A stretch of 64,000 nt of DNA from Candidatus Marinacidobacterales bacterium (lineage in GTDB: Bacteria; Acidobacteriota; Vicinamibacteria; Marinacidobacterales; DATDRI01): NCBI GenBank assembly GCA_965219415.1, contig CBDCNP010000002.1, forward strand, positions 4,768,001 through 4,832,000, in the 5' to 3' direction. Both the position numbers and the translations under genes were made by a program. This document shows positions 1 through 9,149 of the stretch, in pieces. Positions within the stretch are counted from its first letter, which is position 1. Each line of letters starts with the position of its first letter. The notes below the pieces were generated by a model that was given only the letters and a program-made list of their open reading frames with translations, did not search any database and was not told the DNA's origin.

Positions 1-345
1 CGGTCGCGATGCCAACGGGCCACGGTGTCCGCGTGGACGATGAGCAGGCGGCTCGCCCACACGGGCCACGAACCTCGAAGGGCAACCCAGAAAGCCCGTT
101 CCGTGTCGTCGAGCGGTGGGCGTGGGCGCTCTTTCTTCAGCGCCGTCACTTGCTGCCGCAAAGCGACGTTCTCCAACACCAGGTCGGCGCGGCGCCGACA
201 CATCGCCCGAATGACACGGACGCCAAGTGAGACGAAGAAGACAACAACGTTGAGCATAGCGGCGGAGTTTCGCCGTCTTCGGCCCGGAATTCAAGCGGAG
301 CGTAAGTCCTTGATTTCGTGGGCGGAGCAGTATTGACGATGCACA
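1..345 (-). mobile_element. Left end and 5' part of an rve-integrase IS (349-aa family, IS3/IS481-like); continues beyond the window
   Basis: Near-identical to 20335-20679 and 59971-60315; terminus reads TGTGCATCGTCAA on the minus strand; ATG at 257. Confidence 0.85.
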
Positions 346-812
346 ATTTCACTTGGACTCCCCGTGGCGTAAATGTCGATCCGAGTGACCCGAGCAAACC
401 AACCCTTCTCGAAGTGTTGTTGCGGTCGCCCTCGCCCACTCACTGTGCGACCAACATAAATGCACCGTTGGTCGGCCCAGAATATGTATATGCAGCTGTT
501 ATAGCGAATGTTGTTACCGTACCAAATCTTGAAGTTCCTCTTTCGGGCGTCTATCCCCCATCCTTTGCCCCGTTTGGGGTGCCACTGCTTCTTTTGAACA
601 TCGCTAGATCGGAAGTGCTGCTTAAAGGCAGCCGGACTTTTTGCCCGTGAATATATTTCTTTGAGTAGCTCTCCGGCTTTGCGGCGTCTAGCCTGTGAAA
701 ACGAGAGCGAACGTCCCCGCGGTTTGCGAACGAGATGTCGCAGAACCGCCGTGCGAGACTTGTACAGTTGATCCAATTCCAGCTCGAACTGTTTCGCTGT
801 CCTTTCAATCAT
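346..812 (-). pseudogene. GIY-YIG nuclease-like protein, 3'-truncated by the IS end at 345
   Basis: Motif CIYIFW...CIYVGRT...GRPQQH; the ORF runs into IS sequence; lower GC than flanks. Confidence 0.6.
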
Positions 813-971
813 CTTGGAACAACCCTCCATACAGCCGCGTGCGTAGCCGCCGCCGAAAGGTTAACTTTCAGGTGCTTCTGCCATCAAGTGATGGAATGGA
901 CTCCTCCACTGACATAGACGGCATCGATGTGCCAAAGTCAGTCGAATACGCATCGAAAAGGAGGAGTCCGA

Positions 972-2003
972 ATGAAAGATACGACAATCGCTGTGGATCT
1001 TGCAAAGAACGTCTTCGAGATTGCCATCTCGGGAGAAGCGGGGAAGGTGTCCAAGCAACTCCGTGTGAGTCGACCCAAATTGGTGTCGTTCTTTGCCAAA
1101 CAGAGCGCTGCCACCGTGCTTCTCGAAGCCTGCGGCTCGGCTCACTTCTGGGCAAGGACGTTCCGAAGGTTGGGACACGACGTCGTCCTGCTCCCACCTC
1201 ACCTCGTGAGGCCGTATCGACGCGGGAGCAAGAACGACCGCGCCGACACGAAGGCGTTGCTCGAGGCCTACAGGAACGAGGAGCTTCTTCCCGTACCCAT
1301 CAAGTCCGTGCACCAGCACACCCTCGCTGCGCTCCATCGCCTGCGCTCAGGATGGCTCTCCACACGGACCGCACGCATCAATGCCGTACGCGGGCTCCTG
1401 CGCGAACTCGGATTCATCATCCCAAAGGGCGCTCACTTCGTCGTGCCCGCCCTCTTCGAACTCGTCGAAGACGCTGATTCTGATTTGCCCGACGTGCTCC
1501 GTTCGCATCTCCGTGATGCCTGCTCCGAGATTCGAGAACTCAAGGACAAGTGCGCTAGCATCGAGCACGAGCTCAAGGCGCTCACCAAGCAGCTTCCTGA
1601 AGTCCAACGACTTCTCGCCATTCCCGGCATCGGACTTCTGGCCGCGACCGCCATCGTGGGCTTCGTCGGCGATCTTCGCCGCTTCCCATCGGGGCGCCGC
1701 TTCTCGAGCTACCTCGGCCTAGTTCCCAAGGAAAACTCCAGTGGCGACATTCGCCGCCTCGGACGCATCACCAAGCGTGGCGACTCCTACCTCCGTATGC
1801 TCCTCACCCAGGGCGGGCGCGCCGTGCTCCGCGCGGCGAACGTCAGCAAGAGCCCGCCCGACAAGCTCCGCGCCTGGGCTCGGAAGGTCCACCGCTCGCG
1901 GGGACACAACAAGGCCGTGATTGCTGTCGCCAACAAACTCGCCCGGATCGTCTGGGCCGTCTCCACCCGCGAGAGTGAATTCCAGTCGCCGGTGGCCGCT
2001 TAG
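972..2003 (+). CDS. IS110-family DEDD transposase/recombinase
   Basis: IAVDLAKNVF, LEACG, KNDRADT, IPGIG, YLGLVPKENSSG, AVANKLARIVWA motifs; RBS GAGGAG at 961. Confidence 0.95.
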   Translation: MKDTTIAVDLAKNVFEIAISGEAGKVSKQLRVSRPKLVSFFAKQSAATVLLEACGSAHFWARTFRRLGHDVVLLPPHLVRPYRRGSKNDRADTKALLEAYRNEELLPVPIKSVHQHTLAALHRLRSGWLSTRTARINAVRGLLRELGFIIPKGAHFVVPALFELVEDADSDLPDVLRSHLRDACSEIRELKDKCASIEHELKALTKQLPEVQRLLAIPGIGLLAATAIVGFVGDLRRFPSGRRFSSYLGLVPKENSSGDIRRLGRITKRGDSYLRMLLTQGGRAVLRAANVSKSPPDKLRAWARKVHRSRGHNKAVIAVANKLARIVWAVSTRESEFQSPVAA

Positions 2004-2335
2004 ATTTAGAGGCTCCACTTTCGTGTTTTCCTTTTTCCCTTCCAAAAGAGGCTGCGACGATACCCATCCAACTGATGGCGTACCGGTCGGACCGGCGCGG
2101 GGTCAAGCCAATAGCAACACTGGCCCTAAGAGGTCGTTCAAAGTGATTGGCTCCTCGCGCGCGGATTTTCCATCATGGCCCGGAGCACCCAAGACGCTCC
2201 TCACTGAGGCCGAAGATACGTTTGCAGTCTGACCCACTCGTCACGACGCGATGGATGCGCAGCTTCGATGGAAGATTTATTAAGAAAGGGGCGTGACTAG
2301 AAAGAAAGGGGCTTGACTAGAGGAGTCCAGATATG
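2004..2335 (+). ncRNA. Predicted bridge RNA/seekRNA region of the IS1111-type element
   Basis: Stem AGCCAAT(2106)/ATTGGCT(2152) encloses TAGCAACACT (reverse complement of the target) and AAGTG; a second loop carries TTCCATCAT (reverse complement of the donor junction) and AGATACG; transcript ends unknown. Confidence 0.8.
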
Positions 2336-2501
2336 TTGCTAGGCCGCTAGAAGCATTTGAATGCGACCGCGTCCAATAAGAACATCGGCGCGCCTACAAA
2401 GCGTGATCTCTTCGGGCGTCTCGGTCTTATGAGCCGTGAGGTCAAGCACTTGCTCGCGCTCGGCCGGCGGATCCGAGAAGTCGGACGCTTCGCTCAGTGT
2501 T

Positions 2502-3182
2502 TCAAGAGCCCTTGAGATGTTTGCCGAAGAAAACCTGCACTCGGTTCCAGGCGTCACCTGCCGCGCTCGCGTCGTAGACGTCACGCTCGTCGTTGAAGAA
2601 CGCGTGGTCGACACCAGGGTAAATGTGAAAGTCGAGCGTGACCCCAGCGGTCTTCAGATTTCTCTCAAGCTCTCGCACCACGTCGGGGTTCACGAAGCTG
2701 TCGTTCTCGGCGAAAAGGCCGAGAACCGGAGCCTTTATAGCTTCTAGAACAGGCTTTACATTAGGATGAATGCCGTAGAAGTCAACGCAAGCCCCAACGT
2801 TCTCGTTCTTGCTCGCCGCGTACAATGCCAGCTGACCACCCATACAAAAGCCGATAATGCCGAGCCGACCTCCCGAAGAACGGCTCCCAAGATAGTCACA
2901 CGCACCGCGGAGATCCTTCTCCGCCCGATCGATGTTCAACGCCATCATGAGCTTCCCCGCGTCGTCGGGCGACGTAGTCTCTTTTCCGTGGTACAGGTCC
3001 GGTGCGAGCGCCACATAGCCGGCTGCGGCGAAACGGTCGGCCACGTTCTTGATGTGACCGACGAGACCCCACCATTCCTGGATGACGATCACCCCTGGAC
3101 CACCGCCTTCGGGCTCGCTCAGATAACCTTGAGACGAACTGCCGTTGGCCACAAACTCGACGATGGTGCCTTTCTCGGACAT
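2502..3182 (-). CDS. Dienelactone hydrolase family protein
   Basis: VIQEWWGL, APDLY, GFCMGG nucleophile motif, HAFFND. Confidence 0.93.
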   Translation of the reverse strand: MSEKGTIVEFVANGSSSQGYLSEPEGGGPGVIVIQEWWGLVGHIKNVADRFAAAGYVALAPDLYHGKETTSPDDAGKLMMALNIDRAEKDLRGACDYLGSRSSGGRLGIIGFCMGGQLALYAASKNENVGACVDFYGIHPNVKPVLEAIKAPVLGLFAENDSFVNPDVVRELERNLKTAGVTLDFHIYPGVDHAFFNDERDVYDASAAGDAWNRVQVFFGKHLKGS

Positions 3183-3472
3183 GGATGCCCTTTCTCTGGA
3201 TGCCAGCGTGCGAGCTGCGATCCTACCGCCAACGGAGGATATTGCAAGCCGAATGAAGATCGTGTATTGGCGGGCGGACAACCATGAGAGCGAAGTCCCG
3301 CGAACTCGTCTTCGACGCGGTGGAAATGTCGCCGCCGGGCCCACGTTCATAAGACGCCGGTGGTGTCGTCGGGTCGACCTGCACGAGGCAGCCGATCATG
3401 GAAGGTTTAAACGGCGCGAGTAACGCCGGACCGATCTTTTGCGGAGCACAGGCATCCCTTCGTTCAATAACC

Positions 3473-3607
3473 GGTGCTTCCGCAATTAAGTGTTGGCGGC
3501 CAGCCCCTAACCGGTCTGCGCGCTAGAGTTTGAACCAGAATTCCGAAGACACAGTTCTCTCATCGTCAGGGCCGAGCCAAAGTGAAGAATCGCAGATGTC
3601 TCAATCC
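3473..3607 (+). mobile_element. Isolated left end of the IS1-family element
   Basis: Matches the reverse complement of ~7518-7651; cut by a CGTCCTGTGCCAAAAC end at 3608. Confidence 0.85.
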
Positions 3608-3644
3608 CGTCCTGTGCCAAAACTCGACCCTTTTGAAATAGACC

Positions 3645-3863
3645 GGTGCTCCCGCCATCAAGTGTTGCTACGCCGTGTTTGAATGCTAATGTCAGCTGGC
3701 CTGCCTGTGTCGGCGTGCACACGAAGGTGCCCCTGAACGTCAGGCACCGTGTGGTCAGCCCAGCCCGCATCGCCGAAAGAACTGCGTCTCTCGAAATCAG
3801 GCTCGAACTCTAGCACACGAGCGGGTTACGCGGCAGCCACCAACACTTGATTGCGGAAGCACC
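3645..3863. mobile_element. ~220-bp internally deleted IS1-type element (MITE B)
   Basis: IRs GGTGCTCCCGCCATCAAGTGTTG / CAACACTTGATTGCGGAAGCACC; retains a transposase C-terminus-like frame MRAGLTTRCLTFR. Confidence 0.8.
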
Positions 3864-3912
3864 AGAAGGTCTTGCACAGTACGAGGACGGATCCGGCTGT
3901 GAAGCTGAGGAA

Positions 3913-6078
3913 CTAGCCAGGAGCCGGCTTGTCCCGCTTCTTCGTGGGCTCGAACCTTAAAGGGACGCGGCCAGTCCGAGCAGTGGTTTTCGGTTTTGTG
4001 GGTTGCCTGTTCTGGGGTCTTGCTCGTCGTTCGTGTAGCCGTCGGAGCACCGAGTAGAAGTCTTCCTGCATCCGGACCGACTTGTTGCCGGGGGTGCGTT
4101 GGTAGCGATTGTCAAGCGTCTGATCGAGGATGCGGACCTTGGTATTGTCCTCCCACTGAAGGTCTAGAAACGACTGCAGCTCGTTCTGAAGTGAGGTGTC
4201 GTAGATGGGGACACCCACCTCAACTCGCCCGTCCAAGTTTCGTGGCATCCAGTCCGCCGATGAAATGAAATACTTGGGTGCTCCGCCGTTACAGAAAACC
4301 ATGATACGGGAGTGCTCGAGGTATTTGTCTACGATACCCATTGCCTTGATCCCATCGGCTCGTTCCACCTCATCGGGTAGCATCGAGAACATTCCTCTTA
4401 CGTTCAGTCTCAGTTTCACCCCCGCATCGCACGCGTCGTAAAGAAGGCCGATGAGCTCGGGATCGGTAAGATTGTTGAGCTTCAAATCGATGAACGCTTG
4501 GCGACCTCGGCTGGCATTCTTGGCCTCATTTCGAATCAGCTTCGCCAACCGCGGGCGCACGTTGAAAGGAGAGACGATCAAATGCTTATAGGCATCAACC
4601 GGGTACTTGCTTTCGAAGAAATCGAAAATCGTACGAACCTCCCGCGTCAACCGGCTGTCAGCAGTCAGTAAGGCATGGTCGCTGTAGATCTTCGTCGTGT
4701 CCTCGTTGAAGTTTCCCGTTCCGACAACCGCACAGTAGAGCGTTTGGCGCTTCACTCTGCGCTCAATCAAGCATAGTTTCGAGTGGACCTTGAGCTCAGG
4801 GACGCCATGGATGACGCGAACGCCCTCGTCTTCGAGCCGGTTTGCTAGCTCGATGTTGGTCATTTCGTCGAAACGGGCCCTCAGCTCGATGACCGCCGTG
4901 ACATCCTTGCGGTTTTGCACCGCGTTGATGAGGGCGTTAACCACCGCAGAGTCTCTCGCGATCCGATAGAGGGTCGTCTTTATCGAGGTCACATACGGGT
5001 CGATGGCAGCTTCTCTGAGAAGCGCGACCACAGACTCGAAAGACTGATAGGGAAAGTGGAGAAGCACGTCTCGTTTGGCTACCGTAGTAAGGAAACTCCC
5101 CTGCGAACTCAAATGTCGGTTCGCGAGTGCAGAGCGAGGTTCGTCCCGTAACGAGCTCGACCCAACACGTGGGAACTTCATAAAGTCTTTGAAGTTGTGA
5201 TACTTCGCGCCCGGAATCAAAGTATCCTGCCTCGTCAAGCGGAGCTTGCTGGTCAGAAATTTCAGCAGCGGTGGCGATATGTCAGCATCATAGACGAAAC
5301 GGACCGGAGCGCCCTGCGTTCTTTGTTTCAAGCTCTTGGTGACTTTGCGGATGTAGCTCTCCGAGAGATCGCTTTCGATGTCAAGCTCCGCGTCTCGAGA
5401 GACTTTGATTGTGAATGCCTCCAACCGGTCGACGTTCAGGAGAGAAAAGATGTCGCCCAAACAGAATCGGATGACATCATCGACCAAAATGATGAAGTAA
5501 TCGCCGTTCGGAGACGGCAACTGCAAAAACCTTTCTGAACCGCTCTGGGGCACTTCGATGAGCGCATATTTGGCCTTGACCACGCGAGCTCTCTCGGGAA
5601 ACAAGATCGCCAAATAGATCGATTCGTCACGAAGCGTCGGGAACTTGTCCCGAGGGTGGAGCATAATGGGCATCAATTTGGAGCGTAGGTGGGTCTGGAA
5701 GTAGTCTCTGACGAACTCCCCTTGTTCGCTAGTCAATTGCTCGTTGTTGACAATAAAGATCCTCTCTTTGGCCAACTCCTTCAGAACCTGGTTATACGTC
5801 GCGTCGAAATCTCGATGCAGGGCCAGCGACGTCTCTTGGATCTCCTTCAGTACCTTCTTTGGGTCGTATCCCAAGATCCGTCTGGCTTTCTTCCTTAGCT
5901 GCGCGATACGTCTCAGAGTGGCCACCCGGACACGGAAGAACTCGTCAAGATTGGAGGAATAAATTCCCAAGAACTTGATGCGCTCCAGTACGGGAACGTT
6001 AGGGTCGGCGGCTTCTTGGAGGACCCGGGCATTGAAAGAGAGCCAACTCAGCTCCTTGGCCCGAAGATTCGTCTTCAT
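3913..6078 (-). CDS. ppk1: Polyphosphate kinase 1
   Basis: ELSWLSFNARVLQEA, SSNLDEFFRVRVA, LLHFPYQSF, ELRARFDE, KVHSK, GTGNFN, LEHSRI, SSADWMPRNLD. Confidence 0.97.
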   Translation of the reverse strand: MKTNLRAKELSWLSFNARVLQEAADPNVPVLERIKFLGIYSSNLDEFFRVRVATLRRIAQLRKKARRILGYDPKKVLKEIQETSLALHRDFDATYNQVLKELAKERIFIVNNEQLTSEQGEFVRDYFQTHLRSKLMPIMLHPRDKFPTLRDESIYLAILFPERARVVKAKYALIEVPQSGSERFLQLPSPNGDYFIILVDDVIRFCLGDIFSLLNVDRLEAFTIKVSRDAELDIESDLSESYIRKVTKSLKQRTQGAPVRFVYDADISPPLLKFLTSKLRLTRQDTLIPGAKYHNFKDFMKFPRVGSSSLRDEPRSALANRHLSSQGSFLTTVAKRDVLLHFPYQSFESVVALLREAAIDPYVTSIKTTLYRIARDSAVVNALINAVQNRKDVTAVIELRARFDEMTNIELANRLEDEGVRVIHGVPELKVHSKLCLIERRVKRQTLYCAVVGTGNFNEDTTKIYSDHALLTADSRLTREVRTIFDFFESKYPVDAYKHLIVSPFNVRPRLAKLIRNEAKNASRGRQAFIDLKLNNLTDPELIGLLYDACDAGVKLRLNVRGMFSMLPDEVERADGIKAMGIVDKYLEHSRIMVFCNGGAPKYFISSADWMPRNLDGRVEVGVPIYDTSLQNELQSFLDLQWEDNTKVRILDQTLDNRYQRTPGNKSVRMQEDFYSVLRRLHERRARPQNRQPTKPKTTARTGRVPLRFEPTKKRDKPAPG

Positions 6079-6110
6079 AAGAGAAAAGATCCTTTCAATG
6101 GCGAAAAGCC

Positions 6111-6421
6111 CGTCCTGTGCCAAAACTCGGCCCAGCCGGCATTGACGAAAGAACTGCGCCTCTCGAAATCAGGCAAAACTCTAGCACGCGAACAGGTTAC
6201 GCGGCGACCGCCAACACTTGACTGCGGAAGCACCCATCGGTGCATCGGTTGCGTGTCCTTCATCATCATTATTATCGGCACCCTGAGCATCAGCGGGGGA
6301 ACCGTCCGGCGCAGCGGGCTTCTGGTCAGGCTCCATCGTTGTCCTCCGCCGTGATTCGGCCACGGGTGCTCCGCGATAGGCGGGGCGGACACGAACTCTA
6401 TGCAGTCGGACGCGGATGCCC
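6111..6421. repeat. Recurrent chimeric module: rve-type end + IS1-type end (124 bp) plus a ~185-bp extension
   Basis: Core also at 10153-10276, 13358-13482 (inverted) and 55553-55670 (inverted); extension at 13253-13357 and 55366-55552. Confidence 0.85.
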
Positions 6422-6451
6422 CGCCGCCGATAGCGCCTTCTGAACTCTTCG

Positions 6452-7651
6452 GGCGCTTCCGCCATCAAGTGTTGCTACGCGGCTGCGGGCAGTGGTACAG
6501 GTGCGGAAGAGACCGAGTTGCGCGCCCCAGTGAGCAGGAAAACCTCGCTCCGCGACCACAAAGGAATCGTCGTCGCCAAGAAGATGTCTCGAAAGGTGAG
6601 CCGTCGCGTCGTCAGACCGGCCTGCATAGCCGGAGTTCGGATCTCACGTCCGAACTTCAGAGCTCCGTGCGGTCGGACGAAGTTGTAATAGCAACGGAAC
6701 AACTCCAGGTGCTCATCGAGCCTCTCCGTCGAGCGAGCGTGGGAAAGTGTTCGTCTCGAAAGGTATGCCGAGCTTTGCCGGATGGTCAGATTCAACCGCT
6801 CGATGAACGACGTGTTCAATGTCGAAGAGTCCTCGGAGTTATTGAGCGCGTCTTCGAATCGCCACGCGGCTCCGTGCAGCGCTCTGCGTTCGACCTTGAT
6901 GATACGATCGTTCCTGCGCGTCTTGAGGACCTGGCCGTAAAGACACGCTGGCTCGAAGAAGCGACGGATGATCTTCTGGTAGAATTCGAATCCATCCGTG
7001 ACGATCAAGGGAAGACGCTCGAAATTCATCCGCCTCGAAAGGTCGCGAAACAGAGCGTGAGTGTTCCGGTAGCTTCGCCTTCCCGTCACCGTCGATGGCC
7101 AGAGCCGAGACCAGACCTCGATCGTAACGAAGACCCAACTCGGTGTCTTCTTGTTGCCCGCGAACGTGCGAATCTCGTCGGCTTGAAGCTCTTCGGCAGC
7201 GAAGCCAGCGATCCTTCTGTGATTGAATCGACGACACACTTGGGCTGCCTTCTCGAGCCAGCGGGCGACGGTGTTCCAGGCAATCCCTTTGATCCGGGAA
7301 ATCGAGGAAATGCTGACACCCTCGACTCTGAGAGCGATGACCACATCGAAAGTAGCTCTTCGATGTTGGAGACGGTAGTAGGGCGTGCCTTTCGTCGAGG
7401 AGAACGTCTTTCCGCACTCGCCGCACCGGTATCGACGGCGTTTCCCGGACCTGGTTCGATAGAATCCGTGGCGAACGATGTTTCCGGAACTGACTTTGCC
7501 CCGCAACGGACATGCGAGATTGAGACATCTGCGATTCTTCACTTTGGCTCGGCTCTGACGATGAGAGAACTGTGTCTTCGGAATTCTGGTTCAAACTCTA
7601 GCACGCAGACCGGTTAGGGGCTGGCCGCCAACACTTAATTGCGGAAGCACC
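6452..7651 (-). mobile_element. IS1-family-like element, 1200 bp
   Basis: Imperfect IRs GGCGCTTCCGCCATCAAGTGTTG / GGTGCTTCCGCAATTAAGTGTTG around a single transposase ORF; no target duplication seen. Confidence 0.85.
6475..7542 (-). CDS. IS1-family DDE transposase (single ORF)
   Basis: N-terminal Zn-ribbon (CLNLAC...RYRCGECGKTF), HTH, QADEI, VTDG, NTSFIERLNLTIRQ, YNFVRPH, TPAMQAGL. Confidence 0.85.
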   Translation of the reverse strand: MKNRRCLNLACPLRGKVSSGNIVRHGFYRTRSGKRRRYRCGECGKTFSSTKGTPYYRLQHRRATFDVVIALRVEGVSISSISRIKGIAWNTVARWLEKAAQVCRRFNHRRIAGFAAEELQADEIRTFAGNKKTPSWVFVTIEVWSRLWPSTVTGRRSYRNTHALFRDLSRRMNFERLPLIVTDGFEFYQKIIRRFFEPACLYGQVLKTRRNDRIIKVERRALHGAAWRFEDALNNSEDSSTLNTSFIERLNLTIRQSSAYLSRRTLSHARSTERLDEHLELFRCYYNFVRPHGALKFGREIRTPAMQAGLTTRRLTFRDIFLATTIPLWSRSEVFLLTGARNSVSSAPVPLPAAA

Positions 7652-8207
7652 CAGCAACTGCGTGAGGCGTTTCCCTACGACACCGCTCCGAAATATCTCA
7701 TCTTCGATCGCGACTTCATCTTTAGCGCTGCGGTCATCGAGTTCATCAAAGCAACGGGCACAAAACCCGTTCGCACTTCGTTTCGCAGCCCATGGCAAAA
7801 CGGAACTGCGGAGCGGTGGGTCGGCAGCTGCCGTCGCGAGCTCCTTGAGCACGTCGTGGTTCTCGGCGCATGTCATCTCATCCGGCTCGTGCGAGCTTAC
7901 ATCAGCTACTATCACGAGGACCGTTGCCACTTGGGGCTGAACAAGGACACACCGAGCTTGAGAGCAGTCACGCACCGACCGTCTCCTACGGCGAAAGTCG
8001 TCGCACTGCCGCGAGTCGGTGGATTGCACCATCGTATACGAGTGGCGAGAGGCAGCCTGAGTCAGCTTGGTCGCTCGCGTTACTCGGCTGGTCGCCGAGA
8101 AGTTCGTCCTCAGCACCTTTCCTCGCGCGCTGACCACGCTCTCCAGCATGTGCTCGAGGGCAGTCCGGGCCTAGAGTCCAGTCCCGGACAAATAATGATG
8201 ATGGACA
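7652..8207 (+). pseudogene. 3' half and right end of a 349-aa-family rve IS
   Basis: Matches ~27384-27929; ends in AATAATGATGATGGACA; 5' part removed at the IS1 end. Confidence 0.85.
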
Positions 8208-8362
8208 AGGAATTGCACATGGTACGTCATGATGGATCCGAAGATAACACCCTCGGGCCAGACGATTGTAAAGCCCACAGCCCTTGGCACCATCGCAAAA
8301 CACAGACGCTAAGCTGCTGATTTATCGGCTATTTCAAGAGGGCCGAGTTTTGGCACAGGACG
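8208..8362 (-). mobile_element. Left-end fragment of the CGTCCTGTGCC-ended rve IS
   Basis: Reverse-complement match to ~11830-11985. Confidence 0.8.
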
Positions 8363-8481
8363 GGGTGCCGAGTGTGCAATTGTCGTCCGCCACAAATGTG
8401 CAATTTACAGCCGCCGCTAACAGCTCATTGCGAAGCTCGTCGATGCCTGGTCGTGAAGACATCCATCCTCCTGCGAACCTC

Positions 8482-9072
8482 TCACTGGGAACAATGGTCG
8501 AGAATCTGCTTCTTGAGCCCCGAACAGCAAGTTTCGGAACTGAAATAGGAAGCCCACAGGATGTCGGCAAACCCCTTGCCCGGCATCGTGGCTCCCTGCT
8601 GCTCTCGGTTCTGCATTAGCGCCGTACCCACGCCGGGAACGTAGGTCAACTCCATGCTGTTCCCCTTCTCCAGGTCCTTTTCAAAATAGCCTAGGAAGGT
8701 ATCGATCTGAGATCGGATACCGGGGGAGCCGCCGGGCGGCAAGTTCTTATCGAGAGCATCTTCGAGCGCGTCGGCCATATTCTTCGCGTCGACGTCGCGG
8801 AGCAGATCGATACGGAGGGATTTTGCCCCATCCATCGAGATCAGCATCTGCGGATCGCAGGTGCGGTTCTCGGCATACGCGCCCATCGTGTAGACGTCAA
8901 GCCACCACCGCTCACGAAGTCCGGCACCGATCAACATGAGAGTCCGGACACCTACCTCTGCCGTGTCCGCGTATGTGTTTCCCTTTACCGTCTGGGTTTT
9001 CGCCGATAGGGGCACTATCGACGACGCCATCAGCACGATGGCGCCCAGCTGCGTCACGGTTCGATTGCTCAT
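8482..9072 (-). CDS. Chalcone isomerase-like secreted protein
   Basis: Signal peptide; LIGAGLRERWWLDVYTMGAY, ELTYVPGVGT, GKGFADILWASYF pattern. Confidence 0.75.
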   Translation of the reverse strand: MSNRTVTQLGAIVLMASSIVPLSAKTQTVKGNTYADTAEVGVRTLMLIGAGLRERWWLDVYTMGAYAENRTCDPQMLISMDGAKSLRIDLLRDVDAKNMADALEDALDKNLPPGGSPGIRSQIDTFLGYFEKDLEKGNSMELTYVPGVGTALMQNREQQGATMPGKGFADILWASYFSSETCCSGLKKQILDHCSQ

Positions 9073-9149
9073 GGTCTTTTCCTCCGAGGCTTAGTCAACC
9101 TGTCACACCTCGCTCAAAACCACCAGTCGTCGTTGTCGGCGACTCCCCT

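Larger units (their letters stand above)
891..2335 (+). mobile_element. IS110-family (IS1111 subgroup) element, copy 1, inserted in an IS1-type inverted repeat
   Basis: Sub-terminal IRs TGGACTCCTC / GAGGAGTCCA; TG core at both junctions (889-890, 2334-2335); long 3' non-coding region; flanks rejoin to GGTGCTTCTGCCATCAAGTGTTGCTA. Confidence 0.92.

Noticed and set aside
6400-7617. Long antisense ORFs over transposases (e.g. 6400-7617, 13416-14474, 26768-27763, 58959-60200)
   Set aside because: Shadow frames of GC-rich IS genes with no recognisable motifs
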